DNA of 64,000 nucleotides from the NCBI GenBank assembly GCA_039799645.1, contig JBDLSG010000004.1:8369-72368 (forward strand). Direction: 5' to 3'. The translations under genes were made by a program, and so were the position numbers. This document shows, in pieces, positions 1 through 8,627 of the stretch. Under the pieces are notes generated by a model that worked only from the letters and a program-made list of their open reading frames with translations, was not told the origin of the DNA and ran no database searches. The first letter of the stretch is position 1. Each line of letters opens with the position of its first letter. The DNA is from Pseudomonadota bacterium (GTDB lineage: Bacteria > Pseudomonadota > Gammaproteobacteria > Steroidobacterales > Steroidobacteraceae).

Positions 1-511
1 CGGCATGCGTCAGCGCGTGATGATTGCGATCGCGCTGGCCTGCGATCCGGAGGTTTTGATCGCCGATGAGCCGACGACGGCACTCGATGTCACGATTCAA
101 GCGCAGATCTTGGCACTACTTGCCCAGTTGAAGCGCGAACGTGGCATGTCGATGGTGCTTGTCACGCACGATCTCGGTGTCGTCGCCGGTATCGCCGATC
201 GGGTTGTCGTGATGTACGGCGGTCGGATCGTCGAGTGTGGCGCTGTCAAAGATATCCTACTTGCGCCGCAGCACCCCTATACCCGTGCGTTGTTGGCGTC
301 GATGCCACGGATCGACGAAGTGGGTAACGCGCCCTTGCAGGCTATCGGCGGTCAACCGCCGAACCCGCGTCGTCTGCCGAGTGGTTGTGCATTCCATCCG
401 CGCTGCGCGCTCGCCGCCGATCGTTGTGCAAACGAGCGCCCGGCGTTGAGTACGACGGCAGGCAGGGCGGTTGCCTGTCATTTCCCCATCCGAGTCGATA
501 TCCATGACTGA
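1..511 (+). CDS. ABC transporter ATP-binding protein, dipeptide/oligopeptide type (DppD/OppD-like); 5' end lies outside the window
   Basis: Frame is open from base 2. Contains GMRQRV (end of LSGG signature), Walker [13 protein letters not shown]-loop VTHDLGVV, and the oligopeptide-type C-terminal tail [10 protein letters not shown]...GCAFHPRC. Confidence 0.9.
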   Translation, partial: GMRQRVMIAIALACDPEVLIADEPTTALDVTIQAQILALLAQLKRERGMSMVLVTHDLGVVAGIADRVVVMYGGRIVECGAVKDILLAPQHPYTRALLASMPRIDEVGNAPLQAIGGQPPNPRRLPSGCAFHPRCALAADRCANERPALSTTAGRAVACHFPIRVDIHD

Positions 512-1484
512 ACCTCTGCTGCGCATCCGCAACCTGCGTGTGTGGTTCCCCGTGGGTGCTGCGTTGTTCGGAAAGCCCGCGCAGCTGCGCGCCGTTGACG
601 GCGTCGACTTCGATCTGCAAGCGGGCGAGGCGCTGGGAATTGTCGGTGAATCCGGTTGCGGAAAATCGACGCTCGCCCGCGCGATTCTTCGCTTGGTGCC
701 GAGTACGGCAGGGCAGATCGTGTGGATGGGTCAGTCGATCGAGGGCTGGTCGACGCGTCAGGTGCGACCGCTCCGTCGCGATCTGCAAATCGTTTTTCAG
801 GATCCGCTCGCGAGTCTCGACCCGCGTATGACAGTCGGCGAGATCGTTGCAGAGCCGCTTCGTGTACACGCGCCGGAGCTATCGAAAGCGGAGCGACGCG
901 AACGCGTCGCCGATATCCTGCGGCGGGTGGGTTTGTCGCCCGATGTGATCAATCGTTATCCGCACGAGTTCAGCGGCGGTCAGTGTCAGCGCATCGGTAT
1001 CGCGCGTGCGATGGTGCTGCGACCGAAGTTATTGGTCTGTGACGAACCCGTCAGTGCGCTCGACGTGTCGATTCAGGCGCAGATCGTCAATCTGCTTCAG
1101 GATTTGAAGCGGGATTTTGGCATGAGCATCTTGTTCGTCAGCCATAACCTCGCCGTGGTGCGCAAACTGTGTGAGCGCGTTCTTGTGCTCTATCTCGGTA
1201 AACCGATGGAACTGGCGCCGACCGAGATGCTGTATTCGAATCCGCGCCATCCCTACACGCGCGGACTGTTGGCGGCCGTTCCGATTCCGGATCCGGCAGT
1301 GCAACCCAGTCGACTCGGTACCGCCTTGGGTGGAGAGCTGCCGTCGCCGCTGTCGCCGCCGTCGGGCTGCGTCTTTCGGACGCGCTGTCCGATCGCGGAG
1401 GCACGATGCGCGGAAACCGCGCCTATGTTTGATGAAGTCAGCCCACAACACCAGGTTGCATGCTGGCGTTGGCAGGAGAAATGA
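504..1484 (+). CDS. ABC transporter ATP-binding protein, dipeptide/oligopeptide type (DppF/OppF-like)
   Basis: ORF 471..1484. Start placed at ATG 504 ([11 protein letters not shown]), overlapping the upstream stop by 8 nt. Walker [10 protein letters not shown], signature [14 protein letters not shown], Walker [13 protein letters not shown], tail [11 protein letters not shown]. Confidence 0.9.
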   Translation: MTEPLLRIRNLRVWFPVGAALFGKPAQLRAVDGVDFDLQAGEALGIVGESGCGKSTLARAILRLVPSTAGQIVWMGQSIEGWSTRQVRPLRRDLQIVFQDPLASLDPRMTVGEIVAEPLRVHAPELSKAERRERVADILRRVGLSPDVINRYPHEFSGGQCQRIGIARAMVLRPKLLVCDEPVSALDVSIQAQIVNLLQDLKRDFGMSILFVSHNLAVVRKLCERVLVLYLGKPMELAPTEMLYSNPRHPYTRGLLAAVPIPDPAVQPSRLGTALGGELPSPLSPPSGCVFRTRCPIAEARCAETAPMFDEVSPQHQVACWRWQEK

Positions 1485-1485
1485 A

Positions 1486-2316
1486 TTGAGAAGATTGGAA
1501 GGCAAAGTCGCGCTCGTGACGGGCGCTGGCCGGCGTAAAGGTTTGGGTGAGGCAATTTGTCTGCGCTTGGCGAGCGAAGGAGCCAAAGTGGTCGTCACTG
1601 ATCTTGGCGTACCGGCCGCTGATCTTCCGTCAGATCGCATCGGGACCCGCAGCGAACTCGACGAGGTCGTCGCCGGTATTCGTGCTACAGGCGGTGACGC
1701 CTCAGCCTGTTTGCTCGATGTTCGAAACGAGGCGCAGGTTAAAGACGCAGTCGCGTTCGCGCGAGCGACTTATGGCGGTCTCGATATTCTCGTGAACAAT
1801 GCCGGGGTCGGTTATCTCATGGCGCCGTTTACCGAGATGCCCCTCGAGCGCTGGGATCTCGTGCTCGGGGTGAATTTGACGGGTGCCTTTCTTTGTAGCA
1901 AGCACGCGGCACAAGCGATGATCGAGCAGGGACGAGGCGGGCGCATCATTAATATCGCGAGCGTCGCTGCGAAGTCAGGCTCGATGTATCTATCGGCTTA
2001 TGCGGCGTCCAAGCACGGCATGATCGGCTTCACGCGCAGTGCAGCGCTCGAGCTCGGGCGCCACAAGATCACCGTGAACGCGATTTGCCCAAACCACGTC
2101 ACGACGGGGTTGGGTAGCGTCCAGAACGCGCTACGTGCAGAGCAACGTGGTCAGACGATCGAAGAGTATCTCGCCGAGATGCGGTCGCGAATTCCGCTCG
2201 GGCGTGTCGGTCTTGCCGAAGATACCGCCAAGGCCTGCGCTTTCCTGTGTTCATCGGAAGCCGACTACATCACGGCCGAGGCGATGAATGTCTCGGGCGG
2301 CCAAGAAGTGCATTGA
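1486..2316 (+). CDS. Short-chain dehydrogenase/reductase (SDR) family oxidoreductase
   Basis: The N-terminus of ORF 1171..2316 overlaps the ABC gene in another frame. A TTG at 1486 sits about 7 nt after GGAGA and gives MRRLEGKVALVTGAG. Motifs: TGxxxxxG, NNAG, catalytic YAASK. Confidence 0.8.
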   Translation: MRRLEGKVALVTGAGRRKGLGEAICLRLASEGAKVVVTDLGVPAADLPSDRIGTRSELDEVVAGIRATGGDASACLLDVRNEAQVKDAVAFARATYGGLDILVNNAGVGYLMAPFTEMPLERWDLVLGVNLTGAFLCSKHAAQAMIEQGRGGRIINIASVAAKSGSMYLSAYAASKHGMIGFTRSAALELGRHKITVNAICPNHVTTGLGSVQNALRAEQRGQTIEEYLAEMRSRIPLGRVGLAEDTAKACAFLCSSEADYITAEAMNVSGGQEVH

Positions 2317-2331
2317 ACGAGGCGAATTGAA

Positions 2332-2967
2332 ATGAAGCTGCTTTACACGCCGATCAAAGGTTACGTTCATACCGTCGAAGCCTTGATCAACTACGCCGAG
2401 TTACATGCGCAAATCGAGCCGGTTGCGACCAAGCCGTTCGATGTTGACACGCCACTTGCGAGCGTCAATCCGCTTGGCAAAGTACCGACGTTACTACTCG
2501 ATTCGGGTGAGTACTTGGCCGGTGGCCCGGTCATCTATGAATACCTCGACTCGCTCCATCGTCGGCGCAAGCTGTACCCCTCGAAAGGGCCGCAGCGTTG
2601 GACCACCCTGCGCCAAGCGTGGATGGCCGATGGACTCTTCGACACCTTCGTACTACTGATCATCGAATCGTGGCTACCACCGGATCAGCAGCGAGCCGCT
2701 TATGTCGATCGTTGCTGGCGCAAGATCATCGCCATCCTCGACCAGATGGAAAAGGATGCGCCGGGCTACGGCAAGATCGACATCGGGCAGATGCGCGGCG
2801 TCGGTGCCGTCCAGTTCCTTCGTCTGAAAATGGCACAGGTGGCAGCGGCGATCCCGAGTCTCGATGCCAAGTTCGATCCGCTGATCGATCGACCGGCACT
2901 GGCCGCGTGGTACAAGCCGATGTCGCGCAAGAAATTGTTTCGTGAACCGTTGATTCGTCTGGAGTAA
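2332..2967 (+). CDS. Glutathione S-transferase-like protein
   Basis: 211 aa. N-terminal thioredoxin-like GST signature (NPLGKVPTLLLDSGEYLAGGPVIYEYLD) followed by a helical C-terminal domain. Confidence 0.7.
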   Translation: MKLLYTPIKGYVHTVEALINYAELHAQIEPVATKPFDVDTPLASVNPLGKVPTLLLDSGEYLAGGPVIYEYLDSLHRRRKLYPSKGPQRWTTLRQAWMADGLFDTFVLLIIESWLPPDQQRAAYVDRCWRKIIAILDQMEKDAPGYGKIDIGQMRGVGAVQFLRLKMAQVAAAIPSLDAKFDPLIDRPALAAWYKPMSRKKLFREPLIRLE

Positions 2968-2973
2968 GTCACC

Positions 2974-3723
2974 ATGCCCATTCCACATCGCCGCATCAAA
3001 GGCAAGTTGCACTACACGAGCGACAAAGAGGGTCGCAAAGGCGTAGAGCGAGGTCGGGAAGACTTCACCATCACGGTGCACGGCGACGGGCGACGCACCA
3101 TCCGTGCCTACACTGAGATCGACGATGCCCCGAACGTCATGCGCGACGTGACGCTCAGCCTCGATCGTGATTGGCGCCCGGAAGATTGCTTCGTGCGTCT
3201 ATCCGTGGGTGATCGGTTCGTGGGTTCAAGTTGGTTTCGATTCACCGAGACCGAGGCGGAGTGCGAGGGCTACACGGTTGCCGAGGGTCGCATTTCGCAG
3301 CGCTATCCCTTGCAGGGCAAGTTGGATGCCTTTGGTACCCATCCGATTCAGGCCGATGCCTGGTTGATGAGTATCTTCGACATCACGCGTGGTCCGGGTA
3401 TCGGTCTCTACACGAACGTACTGCTGTGCTCACTCGATCATCGCGGTGCCACCGGGCCCATGATCATGCGACACCCCTTGGGAGTGCGTTTGCAGTACGT
3501 GGGTCCCGATCGAATCACTGTGGCCGCGGGCACGTTCGATGCGCTGCACTACCGCATCATCGAGACCAGCGAGGGCGATGACACCAGCAACGAACCCGGC
3601 AAGCATCCCCCTTATGATCTTTGGTGCACGCCGGATGAGCGGATTTGTCTGCTCGCCTATGTGACGGGCTATATGCAGACCCGTTACGAGCTCACGGAAT
3701 ACGAGGTGTTCGAGGCGCGTTAG
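2974..3723 (+). CDS. Hypothetical protein (no family recognised)
   Basis: 249-aa ORF starting 7 nt after the GST stop. Composition is protein-like and no competing ORF exists. Confidence 0.6.
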   Translation: MPIPHRRIKGKLHYTSDKEGRKGVERGREDFTITVHGDGRRTIRAYTEIDDAPNVMRDVTLSLDRDWRPEDCFVRLSVGDRFVGSSWFRFTETEAECEGYTVAEGRISQRYPLQGKLDAFGTHPIQADAWLMSIFDITRGPGIGLYTNVLLCSLDHRGATGPMIMRHPLGVRLQYVGPDRITVAAGTFDALHYRIIETSEGDDTSNEPGKHPPYDLWCTPDERICLLAYVTGYMQTRYELTEYEVFEAR

Positions 3724-4619
3724 CGCGTCTCGCGCTCGATCAACTCAATCCATTCGCCGGCGGCACCCACCACGACACCCGCACGCCGTCCCGAGTAGGG
3801 CGACTCGCTGCGCAAACGCGGTGGTGACCGCCAAGCGAGCTTCGGCGAGTCCAGCGATTCAACGATGAAGCTCACCATCGCCATTCCAGCGGGGAGGTCA
3901 CCCGTCGGTGCAACCCGATCGGACGTATCAAGAGGGTATTCGTCGAGCTCCAGTATGGAAGCTGGCGAAATCGGCACTACCGCTAACTGCATTTGATAGT
4001 CAGACGGCAGACCGCGCGCGTCGTTGACCACTTGCACCGCCGATGGATAGGGCGCGAGTACGGCCATGCCGAGCGTGTCGCGATAGAAGGCGCTCATCGA
4101 TGCCATTGAACGACCGCCCACGACCGCGATGAAGGTTCGATCAACTCGGCCGGCGGCCGGCGTCTTGATGAAGGTGCCGCCCTCGGGTGGAATGCGGGTG
4201 AAGTAGTTGAGCTCACCGGCCGGTCCGATGGCCTGCATGGCGATGACTTTGCCATTCGACCCGAGTGGCGCCGGCGGCCCGACCACTCTGAAGGGTGAGC
4301 CTGGCTTGCTGAAGCGCTCAGCGAGATCAAACGGATCCTCGACGAGGATTTCATTGGCCGTCCAACCGGTCGATTGCATCGCCCGGTATCCGGCGGCGTG
4401 CGGGCGCTCGATGAGACGCAGCCACATCGTGCCGCCGCTCGCCGGTTGCAACAAGACGGAGCGACTACCGGCGGCTGCGGGCGCCGCCCAGCTTGCGGCG
4501 AGTTCACTGGAGACGGAGTCTTCGGCGGCGATCTGGTAGTCGAGCCAGTCGACGTACGCGCTGCGGGTGGAATCTAAATCGGCCACCACCAAGGTGACGA
4601 CGAGGATGGCGCTGAGCAT
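3720..4619 (-). CDS. Hypothetical protein, tentatively VOC/glyoxalase-fold; paralogue of 41468..42358
   Basis: 299 aa. N-terminus VVTLVVADLDSTRSAYVDWLDY resembles the first beta-alpha unit of VOC proteins. Aligns end to end with the ORF at 41468..42358 and shares the C-terminus GRRAGVxVGAAGEWIELIE. Confidence 0.7.
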   Translation of the reverse strand: MLSAILVVTLVVADLDSTRSAYVDWLDYQIAAEDSVSSELAASWAAPAAAGSRSVLLQPASGGTMWLRLIERPHAAGYRAMQSTGWTANEILVEDPFDLAERFSKPGSPFRVVGPPAPLGSNGKVIAMQAIGPAGELNYFTRIPPEGGTFIKTPAAGRVDRTFIAVVGGRSMASMSAFYRDTLGMAVLAPYPSAVQVVNDARGLPSDYQMQLAVVPISPASILELDEYPLDTSDRVAPTGDLPAGMAMVSFIVESLDSPKLAWRSPPRLRSESPYSGRRAGVVVGAAGEWIELIERETR

Positions 4620-4670
4620 GCCCTTATGTTCGAATCTCTCGATCTGAATGTCGAGTGCTTAGGGGGTTTC

Positions 4671-5390
4671 GTGATCGACCTGTACTACTGGCCGACGCCC
4701 AACGGTCACAAGATTCCGATCATGCTCGAAGAGTGCGGGCTTCGCTATCGCGTCAAGCCGGTCAACATGTTGCGTGGCGAGCAGTTTCGACCCGCCTTTC
4801 TCAAGATCAATCCGAACAACAAGATTCCAGCGATCGTCGATCAGGATGGGCCGGGCGGCGAACCGATCAAGCTCTTCGAGTCCGGCGCGATCCTCCAATA
4901 CCTCGCCGAGAAGAGCGGAAAGTTCATGCCGCGCTCGAAGCGGGGTCGTTATGAGGTGTTGCAGTGGCTGACCTTCCAGGTCGCGAATGTCGGGCCCATG
5001 TTCGGTCAGTGCGGGCATTTTCTCGGCTATGCACCGCGCAAGATTCGCTATGCCATGGATCGCTACCGCAACGAGACGCTGCGCTTGTATGGCGTCATGG
5101 ATCGGCGGCTCGCCGATGTCGAGTATCTGGCAGGCGCGTATTCGATCGCCGATATGGCCACATGGCCATGGGTACGCGTGCGCTGGCTGCACAAGATCGA
5201 TTTGGCCGAGTTCCCAAATGTGGCTCGGTGGTACGACGCGATCGGCCAGCGACCTGCCGTCCAGCGTGGTGTGGCACTACTCGATCAGCGTGAGAAAATC
5301 GGTAACCCCGACGAAAAAGCGCGAGAGGCACTGTTCGGCCAGAGTCAGCTGACGCAGGGTAAAGCTCGCAGAGTGGTCAGATCGCGCTGA
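4671..5390 (+). CDS. Glutathione S-transferase, Nu-class (YfcG/YghU-like)
   Basis: ORF 4626..5390. GTG 4671 lies 5 nt after AGGGGG and gives VIDLYYWPTPNGHKI, matching the YfcG-type N-terminus. Also NPNNKIPAIVD and LFESGAILQYLAEK. Confidence 0.85.
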   Translation: MIDLYYWPTPNGHKIPIMLEECGLRYRVKPVNMLRGEQFRPAFLKINPNNKIPAIVDQDGPGGEPIKLFESGAILQYLAEKSGKFMPRSKRGRYEVLQWLTFQVANVGPMFGQCGHFLGYAPRKIRYAMDRYRNETLRLYGVMDRRLADVEYLAGAYSIADMATWPWVRVRWLHKIDLAEFPNVARWYDAIGQRPAVQRGVALLDQREKIGNPDEKAREALFGQSQLTQGKARRVVRSR

Positions 5391-5478
5391 TAGCCTTGCC
5401 CCATAGCCCCAATTGCCCGCCTCGGGGTTAATATCCGATGCAATAGGGGTCGAAACCGACCCGAACGCGAGGAGCAGC

Positions 5479-5733
5479 ATGAAAGCCATTCCCCATAAGC
5501 GCAGCCGCGAAGTCGAAGCTTGGCTGAAGAAAGAATTGGTCGAGCAAAAGAAGCGCTACAAGAAAATCGTCGCCGAGCAGGATGCGCTCGCACCGAAGCG
5601 CGATAAGTGGGTAGCGGAGTTCCTGCAGCGCATCCAGACGCGCGGTACCCACGTCCATTGGGACCAGATGCGCAAGGTTCGTCCGGAAGAGATTCCGGTC
5701 AAGCCGAAACGCAAGTTCCGAGTCGTATTCTGA
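5479..5733 (+). CDS. Small, highly basic hypothetical protein (84 aa)
   Basis: ATG 5479 is preceded by GAGGAG. Lys/Arg-rich (KKELVEQKKRYKK...KPKRKFRVVF). Ends 23 nt before the cupin gene on the same strand. Confidence 0.5.
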   Translation: MKAIPHKRSREVEAWLKKELVEQKKRYKKIVAEQDALAPKRDKWVAEFLQRIQTRGTHVHWDQMRKVRPEEIPVKPKRKFRVVF

Positions 5734-5756
5734 TTAGCGCCGCGGAGGATTGAACC

Positions 5757-6710
5757 ATGGCACGCCCGCATATCGAACCGTTTGTTGACCGCGACGTTCC
5801 CTTCAAGAGGATGACCCTGCCGGGTTTCCCGAAGGGTATGCAGTACAAAATGCTGTCGATCGACACCGACAATGGAGCCTGCTCCATGACGGTGTTGTTC
5901 GAGCCTGGCTACAAGCAGCCGCCAGGCATGAGCTACACGGAATACGAGCTTTTCATCATGACCGGCTCGGTCACCGTCGGTGAAAAAGTCCACGGTCCCG
6001 GCAGCTACCTCTTCGTTCCGGCCGGTGTCGCGATCGAAGCGCTGAGCTCGCCAAAAGGCGCCACGGGCTTGCTGTTCTACAACCACGGGGAGCCGTCGTT
6101 CGTTGAGTCCGACAGCGATCATCCGCGCGCTGAGCGCGATCGCTTCGCCGCGGTCAACGCCTACGAGAATATGCAGTGGACCTCGACGAACTTCTTCCCG
6201 GCGACGGCGCCCGGATGTTTGGTCAAGGTGCTGCGATTCGATCAGCGCACACACGCCTTCACGTTTCTCTACTGCATGACGCCGAATTTCTGGCAGGACA
6301 ACATCTCCTACCACGATTGCGTCGAAGAGGCGTATCACATCTGGGGCACCTCTTGGATGATGCAGTTCGGTGATCTGCCGACCGGTGGCTATTTCTGGCG
6401 TCCGCCGTACATCAACCACGGCGCCTTCGGTTGCAAGCTCGGCACGCTCGCGATCGGCCGCACCGACTCGCAGCTATACAACCACTTCCACTTCAACCCG
6501 TGGACGACTCCCGAAGAGAACCAGGAGCGCGCTGCCAGCCGCTTGCTGCATCGCAATCCGGAGCTCTACAAGTGGGTGAACACCCACGGCCATAACCATC
6601 CGATCGACTTTGAGTACGATCACGGCCACGCCCATGGCGACACGCCGCACCATCACGGTGATGGGCGTGTCGATCACGGTCACAAGAAGAAAAAGCGCCG
6701 TCGTCGCTAA
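5757..6710 (+). CDS. Cupin-domain (bicupin-like) protein with His-rich, polybasic C-terminal tail
   Basis: 317 aa. Cupin-like beta-barrel stretches (GMSYTEYELFIMTGSVTVGEKVHGPGSYLFVPAG; HIWGTSWMMQFGD). Tail is HGHNHPIDFEYDHGHAHGDTPHHHGDGRVDHGHKKKKRRRR. Confidence 0.75.
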   Translation: MARPHIEPFVDRDVPFKRMTLPGFPKGMQYKMLSIDTDNGACSMTVLFEPGYKQPPGMSYTEYELFIMTGSVTVGEKVHGPGSYLFVPAGVAIEALSSPKGATGLLFYNHGEPSFVESDSDHPRAERDRFAAVNAYENMQWTSTNFFPATAPGCLVKVLRFDQRTHAFTFLYCMTPNFWQDNISYHDCVEEAYHIWGTSWMMQFGDLPTGGYFWRPPYINHGAFGCKLGTLAIGRTDSQLYNHFHFNPWTTPEENQERAASRLLHRNPELYKWVNTHGHNHPIDFEYDHGHAHGDTPHHHGDGRVDHGHKKKKRRRR

Positions 6711-7213
6711 GCGACGCTCCGCCAGTCATCGGCCACCTTCACTTCATCGATGAGGGTGCGCATCCGCGTCGCGCCGCCACGTATCCACTGCCATACCCGG
6801 GTACGTTGGCGGCATGCGTCGTCGACCTGAATCATTTCGTAAAGATAGGTGTCGGTCTCTCCGCGGCGCACCCAGTAGAGCAATAGCGTTCGGCGGTGTT
6901 CATCGAGCGGCTCCTCCGCTGCCCAACCCTCGATCAATTCGCTGTCGAACCAAAGCTTCCCGTCGCGGAACGAGCCCTTGAATTCACGGATCTCCTGGCG
7001 ACCGTCCGACCAGGTGTACTCGTTGGTCTGGTGGTAATGGTGCGGACCCGAGTCGGGGATGCGGCAAATGAGTCGCGAACGATGCTCGTCGATTTTGTTG
7101 CCGTCCGCGTCGTAGTACCGATAGACGCCTGCCCATACACCCGCCTGCCGTGCGAGCAGGGGCATGTGGGCGCGCAAGTCGAAGTTTGCGGTCGTTGATA
7201 CCGTTTGGTTCAT
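6707..7213 (-). CDS. Hypothetical protein (168 aa, no family recognised)
   Basis: Clean ORF with protein-like, Trp/Tyr-rich composition. Converges on the cupin gene with a 4-nt overlap. Confidence 0.6.
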   Translation of the reverse strand: MNQTVSTTANFDLRAHMPLLARQAGVWAGVYRYYDADGNKIDEHRSRLICRIPDSGPHHYHQTNEYTWSDGRQEIREFKGSFRDGKLWFDSELIEGWAAEEPLDEHRRTLLLYWVRRGETDTYLYEMIQVDDACRQRTRVWQWIRGGATRMRTLIDEVKVADDWRSVA

Positions 7214-7352
7214 GATCTCAAGCCCCCATGTTTAAACGAAGCGCAGGCTACCACCGGCGAATTGCCTCTGAAGATCATGCAGTGAGCGAGGCAAGCCGTT
7301 ATTCTTGTAAGTTGTCCGGCCTGCGGGCCTTCGATAGTGGCGAAACCATTCC

Positions 7353-8627
7353 ATGACGGCCGATACCCCGATTCGCACCAGTGACGCTCTGCGTAACGTT
7401 CGTTACGAGATTCGCGGCAAGCTCGCACGACGCGCACAAGAGCTCGCGCGCAAGGGCTATGAAATTATTTCATTGAATATCGGAAACCCCGCGTTGTTTG
7501 GTTTTCGTACGCCGGAGACGATGCGGCTCGCGATGATCGAAAACTTTCCGGAGAGCGAAGGCTACTGTCACCAAAAGGGCATCTTCCCGGCACGCGAGGC
7601 CGTCGTGATGCAGCAGCAGGCTCGCGGTGTCACCGGTGTCAGCGCCGAAGAGGTTTTTATCGGCAACGGCGTCAGCGAACTCATCGATTTGTGTCTGCGT
7701 GCCATGCTGAATGACGGCGACGAGGTCTTGGTGCCGAGCCCCGACTATCCGCTCTGGAGTGCTGCGGTGAATCTCAATCGCGGCAAGGCGATTCATTATC
7801 CCTGCCATCCCGAGAATGGTTTTGTCCCGGATGTCGAAGAGTTGGCGGCGCTGGTTACACCACGCACTCGGGCAATCGTCGTCATCAATCCGAACAATCC
7901 GACAGGTGCGGTCTACCCGCGCGAGGTCCTCGAGGGTATTGCGCGGCTCGCCGAGCAGCGCGGTCTGATGCTGCTGTGCGACGAGATTTACGATCAGATT
8001 CTGTACGACGATGCCGAGTTCGTGCCGATGGCGAGCCTGGTGCACGATACGGTTTGTGTGACGATGTCGGGTCTCTCGAAGGTCTACCGCGCTTGTGGCT
8101 ATAGAGTCGGTTGGGCGGTAGTGTCGGGCAAGGTATCGGCCGCTCAGGATTTCCTAAGTGCGCTCGAGTTGTTAGCGTCGTTGCGTTTGTGCAGCAACGT
8201 GCCGGGTCAGTGGGCCGTGCAGACAGCTCTCGGTGGCTATCAAAGTATTCGTGAGTTGACTCGACCGGGTGGTCGTTTGTTCGAATCTCGCCGTGCGATC
8301 GTCGAGGCGGTGGCCGCGGATCCCTCGTTGGAGCTCGCTACGCCGAAGGGCGCGTTATATGGGTTTGTCGGGGTCAACGACTCGATCAAGGATTTCGATG
8401 ATGAGGCGTTTGCACTCGATCTGTTGGAGCGCAAGCATGTGCTCGTGGCGCCGGGTACGAGTTTCAACGTGCCTTACAAGAACCATTTCCGCATCACCAA
8501 TCTGCCGGATGCCGCGCAGTTGAAGACGGTTTTCGCGCGGATGAGCGAACTGCTCGCCGAATATCGCTCGCGCCCGCCGGTACCCGCGGGACGCGTGGTC
8601 GAGGCAAGCGCTCGTTTCCGAGGTTGA
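7353..8627 (+). CDS. alaA: PLP-dependent aminotransferase, AlaA (glutamate-pyruvate) type
   Basis: Collinear with E. coli AlaA as recalled: NVRYEIRG, LNIGNPALFGF, GYCHQKG, IGNGVSELI, SPDYPLWSAAV, NPNNPTGAVY, PLP-lysine motif GLSKVYRACGYRVGW, CSNVPGQWAVQTALGGYQSI. Confidence 0.85.
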   Translation: MTADTPIRTSDALRNVRYEIRGKLARRAQELARKGYEIISLNIGNPALFGFRTPETMRLAMIENFPESEGYCHQKGIFPAREAVVMQQQARGVTGVSAEEVFIGNGVSELIDLCLRAMLNDGDEVLVPSPDYPLWSAAVNLNRGKAIHYPCHPENGFVPDVEELAALVTPRTRAIVVINPNNPTGAVYPREVLEGIARLAEQRGLMLLCDEIYDQILYDDAEFVPMASLVHDTVCVTMSGLSKVYRACGYRVGWAVVSGKVSAAQDFLSALELLASLRLCSNVPGQWAVQTALGGYQSIRELTRPGGRLFESRRAIVEAVAADPSLELATPKGALYGFVGVNDSIKDFDDEAFALDLLERKHVLVAPGTSFNVPYKNHFRITNLPDAAQLKTVFARMSELLAEYRSRPPVPAGRVVEASARFRG

